Under the pieces are notes generated by a model that saw only the letters and a program-made list of their open reading frames with translations, searched no databases and was not told the origin of the DNA. Positions 6,095 to 13,390 of a stretch of 32,000 nucleotides of DNA are shown here, piece after piece. A program made the translations under genes and the position numbers. The DNA comes from Erysipelotrichaceae bacterium (GTDB lineage: Bacteria > Bacillota_I > Bacilli_A > Erysipelotrichales > Coprobacillaceae), in NCBI GenBank assembly GCA_028698185.1, contig JAQVDW010000007.1, positions 30,001 through 62,000 on the forward strand, read 5' to 3'. The first letter of the stretch is position 1; the number at the start of each line of letters is the position of its first letter.

Positions 6095-8244
6095 TATAGA
6101 TGAAGCACCCTTTCCTTGATTTCTTCGGTACGGCCCTGATTCCAGAACTGGGTGCCGATATAGCCGCAAGTACGTCTGGCTACCGACATTTGAGTCTGAT
6201 CCTCGTTACCGCAATTTGGACAATGCCAGCGAAGTTGGTCATTGTCTTCCTTGATCACGATTTCGCCGTCGAAGCCGCACTTGTAACAATAATCCGATTT
6301 GGTGTTAAGTTCGGCATACATGATATTGTCATAGATATGCTTCATTACCGCAATAACCGCTTCGATATTGTCAAGCAGGTTTGGAACTTCTACATAAGAG
6401 ATTGCTCCTCCTGGAGAAAGCTCCTGGAACTTGGCCTCGAATGAAAGCTTGGTGAAGGCATCGATCGGTTCGGTCACATGGACATGATATGAATTGGTGA
6501 TGTAGTTCTTGTCAGTAACTCCAGGCACAATTCCAAAGCGGGCCTTGAGCTTGTTTGCGAACTTGTATGTGGTCGATTCCAATGGCGTCCCATAAACACT
6601 AAAGTCGATATTGTGTCTAGCTTTCCATTCATGGCAGGCGTCATTCATGTGCGCCATGACATTCAACGCGAACGGTTGGGCCACCTCATCGGTATGGCTG
6701 CGCCCGGTCATGTATTTGACACACTCGTAAAGTCCGGCATAACCAAGCGAGATGGTCGAATAGCCGTTGTAAAGCAGTTTGTCGATCTTTTCTCCTTTTT
6801 CCAGGCGCGCCAAAGCCCCGTATTGCCACAGGATCGGCGCAGCATCGGAAAGCGTACCTTTGAGACGGTTGTGGCGGATCATCAATGCCCGATGGCACAG
6901 CTCGAGACGTTCATCGAAGATCTTCCAGAACTCGTTGATGTTGCCCTTGCTTGAAAGTGCGATATCGACCAGGTTGATTGTCACCACGCCCTGGTTGAAC
7001 CGGCCGTAGTATTTTGGCTTGTTGTCTTCATCGCGATAAGGTGTCAAGAACGAGCGGCATCCCATGCAGGTGTAACAGTCACCGTTTTTAAGCTCCTTCA
7101 TTTTCTTTTCGGAAATGTAGTCGGGCACCATCCTCTTGGCCGTGCACTGCGCCGCCAATTTGGTCAGATTGAAATATTTGGAATCTTCATGGATATTGTT
7201 TTCCGAAAGGACATAGATCAGTTTCGGGAAGGCTGGGGTAATCCAGATTCCAGCTTCGTTTTTCACTCCTTGATAGCGTTGCTTGAGCATCTCCTCGATA
7301 ATCAAAGCCAAGTCTTCTTTGGTTTGCCCTTCATCGAGTTCGTTGAGGTACATGAACACGGTGACAAAAGGAGCCTGGCCGTTGGTTGTCATCAGGGTGA
7401 TGATCTGATACTGGATCATCTGCACCCCGTGCTTGATTTCGCTTTTCAACCGGTTGTTGACAAGCTTGTCGAACTGGTCCTTGGCCATGGTCGTATTGGT
7501 AAGCTGAAGCTCTTCATTGATTTCTAAGATTATCCGTTGCCGGGAAACGTCCACAAAAGGAGCTAAATGGCTTAATGTAATCGATTGTCCCCCATACTGG
7601 CAGCTGGCAACCTGGGCGATGATCTGGGTTGTGATATTGCAGGCAGTCGAGAACTTCTTAGGTTTCTCGATCATCGTTCCGGAGATCACCGTCCCGTTTT
7701 GAAGCATGTCTTCAAGGTTGATCAGATCGCAGTTGTGCATATGTTGCGCAAAGTAATCGGCATCATGGAAATGGATGATTCCATCATCATGGGCATTGGC
7801 CAGATCCTCATCTAGAAGGAAACGCCGGGTGATGTCCTTGCTTACTTCCCCTGCCATGTAGTCGCGCTGTACGGAAACGATGGTCGGATTCTTGTTCGAG
7901 TTTTCCTGTTTCACTTCCTCGTTCTCCGTCTCGATCAAGCTCAGGATCTGGGCATCGATCGTATTCGATTTGCGTACCAAAGCTCTTTTATAACGATACT
8001 TGATGTATGTCTTGGCCAATTCAAAATTCGACCCCTCAAGCAATACATTTTCGACGATGTCCTGGATCTGTTCGACATTTTGCCCTTCTTTGATGCTGCT
8101 GGCAGCCTGGTTGGCCAAATCCCTTATTTGAACGTCGCTGATGCGATGAGCTGGTTCCACCTCATTGTTGGCCGCATCGATCGCTAGTATTATTTTGGTT
8201 ATGTCAAAGCAGGCCGCTTCCCCAGTTCTTTTGATTATGTTCAT
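6094..8244 (-). CDS. nrdD: Anaerobic (class III) ribonucleoside-triphosphate reductase
   Basis: 716 aa. The C-terminus has a Zn-ribbon (CYKCG...CPNCG) and the glycyl-radical motif RRTCGYIG. RBS AAAAGGAGAG. Confidence 0.95.
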   Translation of the reverse strand: MNIIKRTGEAACFDITKIILAIDAANNEVEPAHRISDVQIRDLANQAASSIKEGQNVEQIQDIVENVLLEGSNFELAKTYIKYRYKRALVRKSNTIDAQILSLIETENEEVKQENSNKNPTIVSVQRDYMAGEVSKDITRRFLLDEDLANAHDDGIIHFHDADYFAQHMHNCDLINLEDMLQNGTVISGTMIEKPKKFSTACNITTQIIAQVASCQYGGQSITLSHLAPFVDVSRQRIILEINEELQLTNTTMAKDQFDKLVNNRLKSEIKHGVQMIQYQIITLMTTNGQAPFVTVFMYLNELDEGQTKEDLALIIEEMLKQRYQGVKNEAGIWITPAFPKLIYVLSENNIHEDSKYFNLTKLAAQCTAKRMVPDYISEKKMKELKNGDCYTCMGCRSFLTPYRDEDNKPKYYGRFNQGVVTINLVDIALSSKGNINEFWKIFDERLELCHRALMIRHNRLKGTLSDAAPILWQYGALARLEKGEKIDKLLYNGYSTISLGYAGLYECVKYMTGRSHTDEVAQPFALNVMAHMNDACHEWKARHNIDFSVYGTPLESTTYKFANKLKARFGIVPGVTDKNYITNSYHVHVTEPIDAFTKLSFEAKFQELSPGGAISYVEVPNLLDNIEAVIAVMKHIYDNIMYAELNTKSDYCYKCGFDGEIVIKEDNDQLRWHCPNCGNEDQTQMSVARRTCGYIGTQFWNQGRTEEIKERVLHL

Positions 8245-8274
8245 TTAAATCTCTCCTTTTCTTTTACCCTTAAA

Positions 8275-8284
8275 ATGATATCAT
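8275..8284. promoter_or_regulatory. 10-bp palindrome ATGATATCAT giving an extended -10 (TGaTATCAT) on both strands; probable nrdD promoter in minus sense
   Basis: The palindrome is read directly. In minus sense it lies about 30 nt upstream of the nrdD ATG. The same TGnTATCAT form is used by other genes in this window. Confidence 0.4.
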
Positions 8285-8475
8285 TTATCGATTGGTCACG
8301 CTAGTGATTGTGCTCATTACAAAGGAGGTATTTTTTCGCGCACAAAAAAGAAGCGTTAGAATGGGGGTTTTTCATCGATAGGAATTTATGATTTAGTTTG
8401 CGATAAATATCGAAAATATATTTGTTCCCAATTGGCTAAACTTAAATTCACAATTGCCGACATTTTCTTTAAGAA

Positions 8476-8538
8476 CAAAACCAGTCCGGGGTTTGAATCA
8501 GCCCGATGACACCACTGTCATCTTTTGGCCTGGTTTTG
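8476..8538. other. Nested stem-loop element in the nrdD upstream gap
   Basis: A 9-bp outer stem pairs CAAAACCAG (8476-8484) with CTGGTTTTG (8530-8538). Inside it, GATGACA-ccac-TGTCATC (8505-8522) is followed by TTTT on the plus strand. Confidence 0.35.
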
Positions 8539-8670
8539 GAGCCGGAAAAAATCACACATAACTCCTGCTCAAATGTTTCTTAAAACAAGGAAATATCAAA
8601 TATTGGTAGCGCATACATCTTATGGTGTGTTATAATGATTGTAGAATAATTCTTTGAAAGGAGCAAATGT

Positions 8671-8859
8671 ATGGAAAACAAGAACATTCAAGTATCAAAG
8701 GAAGAACTGGATCTGTTGATCTCATCAATGACCCAGACAATCGATTATTGGGAAAATTTAAGCAACGCCGAAGAAGTTGACGATTTCTACTTTGCGGACG
8801 ATCAAAAAACTTTCAACATGATGAATGATTTGAGAAAGAAACTGGTCGACTATCGCTAG
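8671..8859 (+). CDS. Small acidic hypothetical protein (62 aa)
   Basis: RBS AAAGGAG 8 nt upstream. An extended -10 TGTGTTATAAT sits at about 8626-8636 and a strong terminator lies downstream. No recognisable family. Confidence 0.6.
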   Translation: MENKNIQVSKEELDLLISSMTQTIDYWENLSNAEEVDDFYFADDQKTFNMMNDLRKKLVDYR

Positions 8860-8881
8860 AATATTACGTTCGTCAAAATCG

Positions 8882-8915
8882 AAAATGACTCTATCGAAGG
8901 GATAGAGTCATTTTT
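8882..8915. terminator. Bidirectional intrinsic terminator
   Basis: AAAA-TGACTCTATC-gaagg-GATAGAGTCA-TTTTT, a 10-bp stem between convergent genes. Confidence 0.85.
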
Positions 8916-8917
8916 CA

Positions 8918-10114
8918 TTACATGGTTTCTTTTATTTTTGCGACGATTTCTTGGATGGTATCCATCTGTTCGTCTTTAAGGGCCGACTTGATGGTCAGGC
9001 GCGGTTCGATGATGCTCATGTTTTTCATCGATGCGACGATTTCGGTCATCTTGTCCCCGGCACATAATGCCCATGAGCCGTTTTCGACAATCGCAACCGT
9101 CCGGTTTTGCAGATTATGGGCCTTCAAATCATGAAGGAAATTTTCCATTGGGGTGAAGATTCCCGCGTTATATGTCGCCGCCCCCAAGACGATATGGGAA
9201 CATCTGAAGGCCTCGGCCATCAGATAGGAAACATCGACTTTGGAAGAATCATAGATGCGCACGTCTTTGACTCCAGCCAACGCCAGCTCATTTGCGATGA
9301 TTTCACAGGCTTTGGCGGTGTTGTTGTACACCGAACCATAGACGATCATAACCGAAGGATTCTCCGGTTCGTATTTCGACCACTTCTGGTATTTTTCCAA
9401 AAGGACATCGATGTTTTTCTTGTAGACGGGACCATGAAGCGGGCAGATCATCTCGATTTCGAGTTTGGCCGCCTTTTTTAGCAGCATCTGTACTTGCGGA
9501 CCGTATTTACCGACGATATTGGCATAGTAACGGCGCAATTCCACCAGGTTTTCGCAAGTGATCTTGTCCTGGGCGTATAGGTCGCCATCAATCGGATCGA
9601 ACGTCCCGAAGGCGTCAGCCGAATACAGGATCTTGTCTTTTTGGTCGTAGGTTACCATGACCTCTGGCCAGTGGACCATCGGCGCCATGAAAAACTTGAA
9701 AGTATGAACACCGGTGACAAGCTCGTCATTTTCCTTGACGATCATCGCCCGGTCAATAACATCGATATTGAAAAACTGTTTGATCATGTCCATGACCTTC
9801 TGGTTCCCGACAATTGTGACTTCAGGATAACGCGCGATGATTTCGGCGATGCAGGCGGCATGGTCAGGCTCCATATGGTTGACAATCAGATAATCCAGGC
9901 TGCGGCCTGCCAATGTTGTCTTGACATTTTCCAGAAACAGTGTGGCGATCGCCTCATCGGCCGTGTCGAGCAGGACTGTCTTTTCATCCAAAATCAGGTA
10001 CGAATTGTAGCTGACTCCCAGGGGCAATGGATAAATATTCTCAAACAAAGCTAAACGACGATCGTTCCCCCCTACGTAAAACATATCATCAGTCAATTTT
10101 CTGGTACAGTACAT
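8918..10114 (-). CDS. Flavodiiron protein (FprA family; metallo-beta-lactamase-like plus flavodoxin-like domains), an O2/NO reductase
   Basis: 398 aa with the di-iron motif HMEPDH, an FprA-like N-terminus (DDMFYVGGNDRRLALFE), and a C-terminal flavodoxin-like region (VMIVYGSVYNNT). RBS GGAGG. Confidence 0.9.
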   Translation of the reverse strand: MYCTRKLTDDMFYVGGNDRRLALFENIYPLPLGVSYNSYLILDEKTVLLDTADEAIATLFLENVKTTLAGRSLDYLIVNHMEPDHAACIAEIIARYPEVTIVGNQKVMDMIKQFFNIDVIDRAMIVKENDELVTGVHTFKFFMAPMVHWPEVMVTYDQKDKILYSADAFGTFDPIDGDLYAQDKITCENLVELRRYYANIVGKYGPQVQMLLKKAAKLEIEMICPLHGPVYKKNIDVLLEKYQKWSKYEPENPSVMIVYGSVYNNTAKACEIIANELALAGVKDVRIYDSSKVDVSYLMAEAFRCSHIVLGAATYNAGIFTPMENFLHDLKAHNLQNRTVAIVENGSWALCAGDKMTEIVASMKNMSIIEPRLTIKSALKDEQMDTIQEIVAKIKETM

Positions 10115-10142
10115 AGATATTCCTCCTAGTTCTCTATCAAAT

Positions 10143-10170
10143 ATTTTAGCATAATCGACCGCAAATTCAA
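10143..10170 (-). promoter_or_regulatory. Promoter of the flavodiiron gene (-35 TTGAAT, 16 nt spacer, extended -10 TGCTAAAAT)
   Basis: Hexamers read on the minus strand about 25 nt upstream of the RBS. Confidence 0.55.
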
Positions 10171-10236
10171 GGAATATCCCAAAATATTGCCATTATTGCC
10201 CGGCCCGGTTTCCTTGTTGGCCCGATGGCTTGAGAC

Positions 10237-10259
10237 AAAAAAAGAGAACCGGAGTTCCC
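10237..10259 (-). terminator. Terminator of the rhodanese gene (overlaps its stop codon)
   Basis: In minus sense, GGGAAC-tccg-GTTCTC (one G-U pair) is followed by T7. Confidence 0.55.
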
Positions 10260-10582
10260 TATCTTTGAATCGGACCGTGGTAGGCGTTGATTCCCCCAAC
10301 AGAAGTCACATCAGTGTATCCCGCATGTTTCAAGGCTGTAACCGCGTTGCGGGCCCGGGCTCCTGAAAGGCAGTACACATAGATTTTCTTGTTCAGGTCC
10401 GGAACCTGTTTAATCTTGCTGCCATCAAGTTTTTCCACCGGAACGTTGATTGCCTTTGGCAGATGACCGCCTTTGAATTCCTCTTTCGAACGGACATCGA
10501 GAAGCACTGCTCCGTTTTCTTTTGCCTGAGCGTAGGCATCGTTGATATTCATGCCTCCAAATAAATTACCGAATATGTTCAT
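10259..10582 (-). CDS. Single-domain rhodanese-like sulfurtransferase
   Basis: Start moved to the ATG at 10582 (MNIFGNLF...), 6 nt after GAGGTG. The track start at 10591 is a GTG inside the RBS. Active-site loop CLSGARA; LLDVRSKEEFKGGHLPKAINVP is typical of the family. Confidence 0.85.
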   Translation of the reverse strand: MNIFGNLFGGMNINDAYAQAKENGAVLLDVRSKEEFKGGHLPKAINVPVEKLDGSKIKQVPDLNKKIYVYCLSGARARNAVTALKHAGYTDVTSVGGINAYHGPIQR

Positions 10583-10700
10583 TTTATTCACCTCGAACGA
10601 AGTATATCACACTAGAAAATGCTTGGATAATGATATGCATCTATTTATTTACATCTATCGATATGTCATGTTTTAATTGCCTGTTTTCTTGCAATTACAA

Positions 10701-10729
10701 TTGTCATATGCTTCTTTTTAAGTTACAAT
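10701..10729 (+). promoter_or_regulatory. Promoter of the ABC-F/pdxK unit (-35 TTGTCA, 17 nt spacer, -10 TACAAT)
   Basis: Read directly. The leader is short, so there is no room for an attenuator or leader peptide. Confidence 0.6.
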
Positions 10730-10752
10730 GAAACCTATTAGAGGTGATTAAT

Positions 10753-12504
10753 ATGCTTGTAAGCTGCAAACAAATAAAGAAATTCCAGGGCGAGAATCTC
10801 GTCCTTGACAATATCGAACTCAATATCGAGGATGACGACAAGATTGCCATCGTCGGGGTCAACGGAACCGGCAAATCGACTCTGCTCAACATCGTTGCCA
10901 AACGGACCGACTTTTTGGGCGAGATCATTTACAAAAAAGATCTGCGGATCGCCATGTTGGACCAGAACCCCCAGTTCGACGGTTCCAAGACGATAACCCA
11001 AATCATCCACGACAATCTTAAAGAAGGCATCAACGAATATGAGCTAAAGGCCATCGTGAACAAGTTCGGGCTTGATTCCCATGAACAGAAAATCAGCCAT
11101 CTTTCCGGAGGCCAGATCAAACGGTTGGCCCTGGCCCTTGTTCTCGTCAAGCCTTGCGACCTGCTTATCCTTGACGAGCCGACCAACCATCTTGACAACA
11201 AGATGATCGACTTTTTGGAAAAGTACCTGATTCGCTTCAACAAGGCCCTGCTTCTGGTGACCCATGACCGCTATTTCCTTGAACGGGTGACCACCAAGAT
11301 CATCGAAATCGACCAGAGCCAGCTTTATCTTTACCCGGGCAACTACGAAAAATATCTGGAGCAAAAACAGGAGCGCACCAGCGCCATGCTCGCCGCTCAG
11401 CACAAGCGCAAGCAGTTCTTGAAAAAGGAACTCGAATGGGTCCGGGCCGGAGTCCAGGCCCGTTCGACCAAACAGAAATCGCGGCTTGAACGCTTCGAGC
11501 AGCTCAGTGCCATCAGCGACGTCTCCATCAACCAGGGTATCGCGATCTTCGAAAAAACCACCCGGCTTGGCAAAAAGACAATCGAGCTGATCGAAATTTC
11601 CAAATCATATGAAAAAAAGCTGTTCGGGCCTTTTTCCTACAATTTCCAGCGCTATGACCGGATTGGCATCTTAGGCGACAACGGAACCGGTAAATCGACC
11701 CTGCTCAACATCATCGCCAAGTACATCGAACCCGATTCAGGCGAGGTTGTCCATGGGTCGACACTGAATATCGGCTATTTCAAACAGGGAATCCATGATT
11801 TGGATCTTAGCCTCAAGGTCAAAGACTATATCGACCAGATCGCCATCAACCTGGCCACCGACCAGGGGCAGATCTATTCTGGAGACCTTATGGAGCAGTT
11901 CAACTTCGACAAGAAGCTCCAGCATACACTTATCGGCCGACTTTCCGGCGGCCAAAAAAGACGGCTTTATCTTTTGGCAGTTTTGATGCAGGGTCCCAAT
12001 GTGCTGATCCTCGACGAGCCAACCAACGACCTGGACATCCAGACAATGCAGACACTTGAAGACTTTCTCGACAGTTTTCCGGGCATCGTAATCACCGTAT
12101 CCCATGACCGCTACTTTTTGGACCGGGTTTGCAGCGGCCTGTTTGTGATCAAGAACCAGCACATAACCTATCTAAATGGCGGCTATTCGCAGAATATCGA
12201 CTCGTTCACCACGGTGGTCAAGGAGAAAAAGGAAGCCTACATGACCCAGAAGGAACAGACCCGGAAGACCAAACTGAAGCTTTCTTACCAACAAAAAAAG
12301 GACCTGGAGAGCCTGCCCGGGGAAATCGACGCCTTGGAAAACGAGATTGCCGCCATCGATGAATCGCTAAGTGGCGAAGTCGATTACGACAAAATTGAAA
12401 AGATCATGGCCCGGCGCGACCAGGCCCATGAACTGCTCGAGAAAAAAAGTGACTGTTATTTTGAACTTCTGGAAATCCAGGAAGAAATCGAGGGCAACCA
12501 ATAA
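10753..12504 (+). CDS. ABC-F family ATPase (two ABC domains, no TM, C-terminal coiled coil; Uup/YfmR-like translation factor type)
   Basis: Two Walker A motifs (GVNGTGKST, GDNGTGKST), two signature motifs (LSGGQ twice), and two Walker B motifs (LILDEPTN twice). Start at the ATG at 10753, 6 nt after GAGGTG. Confidence 0.9.
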   Translation: MLVSCKQIKKFQGENLVLDNIELNIEDDDKIAIVGVNGTGKSTLLNIVAKRTDFLGEIIYKKDLRIAMLDQNPQFDGSKTITQIIHDNLKEGINEYELKAIVNKFGLDSHEQKISHLSGGQIKRLALALVLVKPCDLLILDEPTNHLDNKMIDFLEKYLIRFNKALLLVTHDRYFLERVTTKIIEIDQSQLYLYPGNYEKYLEQKQERTSAMLAAQHKRKQFLKKELEWVRAGVQARSTKQKSRLERFEQLSAISDVSINQGIAIFEKTTRLGKKTIELIEISKSYEKKLFGPFSYNFQRYDRIGILGDNGTGKSTLLNIIAKYIEPDSGEVVHGSTLNIGYFKQGIHDLDLSLKVKDYIDQIAINLATDQGQIYSGDLMEQFNFDKKLQHTLIGRLSGGQKRRLYLLAVLMQGPNVLILDEPTNDLDIQTMQTLEDFLDSFPGIVITVSHDRYFLDRVCSGLFVIKNQHITYLNGGYSQNIDSFTTVVKEKKEAYMTQKEQTRKTKLKLSYQQKKDLESLPGEIDALENEIAAIDESLSGEVDYDKIEKIMARRDQAHELLEKKSDCYFELLEIQEEIEGNQ

Positions 12505-13352
12505 TGAAAAAAATCCTGACAATCCAAGACATTTCGTGCGTTGGCAAATGTTCGCTCACTATCGCCCTGCCGATAATCTCCGCCATGGGCATCGAGACCC
12601 GCATCCTGCCGACCGCAGTATTGTCGACCCACACTCTGTTTCCGGGGTTCACTTTCCGGGACCTGACCGAGGACATCCCGAAGATTGCCGACCACTGGCA
12701 AAGCCAGAACCTCGATTTTGACGCAATCTACACCGGCTATCTTGGCACAACGGAGCAAATTGATCTGATCATCGATCTGATCTCCCGGTTCAAAAATCCG
12801 GACAATATCGTCATTGTCGATCCAGTGATGGGCGACGGGGGAAAACTGTATCCTGGCTTCGACCAGGAATATGCCAAAGCCATGAAAAAACTGGTCGGCT
12901 ACGGCGACATCATCATGCCCAATCTAACCGAAGTCGCCCTGTTGCTCGACCGACCCGGGATTTACGAAAGCTATACCAAGGAAGATATCGAACAGGCCCT
13001 AAACGACCTTTGTGCCATGGGCTGTAGCAAGGCGATGATCACCGGGGTCAGCCTCAACGAAGACAGGATTGGAGTCTATTATCACGACAAGGAAAACGGG
13101 CTGTTCGAATTCATCGAAAACGAGAAAATCGAAAACCACTTCCATGGCACCGGTGACCTGTTCGCCTCGACCATCGTAGGCGGTTTGATGCGGGGTCTGA
13201 GCCTCGCAAGGGCTATCGAACTTGCCGAATATTACGTGGTCACCTGCATCAAGGCGACAATCGCAGACGCCACCCATTCATGGTACGGGGTCAATTTCGA
13301 GGGACACATCAAAGACCTCCTGAACCGTCTTGAAAGCTATCTGCAGCAATAG
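12504..13352 (+). CDS. pdxK: Pyridoxal/pyridoxine/pyridoxamine kinase (ribokinase superfamily)
   Basis: 282 aa. The N-terminus ILTIQDISCVGKCSLTIALPIISAMG, then VVDPVMGD and HGTGDLFAS, are typical of PdxK/PdxY. The ATG overlaps the ABC-F stop (TAATG). Confidence 0.8.
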   Translation: MKKILTIQDISCVGKCSLTIALPIISAMGIETRILPTAVLSTHTLFPGFTFRDLTEDIPKIADHWQSQNLDFDAIYTGYLGTTEQIDLIIDLISRFKNPDNIVIVDPVMGDGGKLYPGFDQEYAKAMKKLVGYGDIIMPNLTEVALLLDRPGIYESYTKEDIEQALNDLCAMGCSKAMITGVSLNEDRIGVYYHDKENGLFEFIENEKIENHFHGTGDLFASTIVGGLMRGLSLARAIELAEYYVVTCIKATIADATHSWYGVNFEGHIKDLLNRLESYLQQ

Positions 13353-13360
13353 AATGACGA

Positions 13361-13390
13361 AAAGATTCCATCGCTAGGTGGAATCTTTTT
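13361..13390. terminator. Bidirectional intrinsic terminator
   Basis: AGATTCCA-tcgctagg-TGGAATCT (8-bp stem), with TTTT on the plus side and TTTTCG in minus sense. Confidence 0.75.

Noticed and set aside
8297-8312. Possible NrdR box (CACGCTAGTGATTGTG; CACAAT half-site on the nrdD strand) upstream of nrdD
   Set aside because: Only one half-site matches my recollection of the NrdR consensus (acaCwAtATaTwGtgt). The other half is poor, and I could not find the expected second box about 31 bp away.
8481-8504. Resemblance of CCAGTCCGGGGTTTGAATCAGCCC to the SRP (4.5S) RNA domain IV core
   Set aside because: The conserved GGAA tetraloop and AGCA symmetric-loop elements are absent. The resemblance is limited to CAG-TCCGG and CAGCC.
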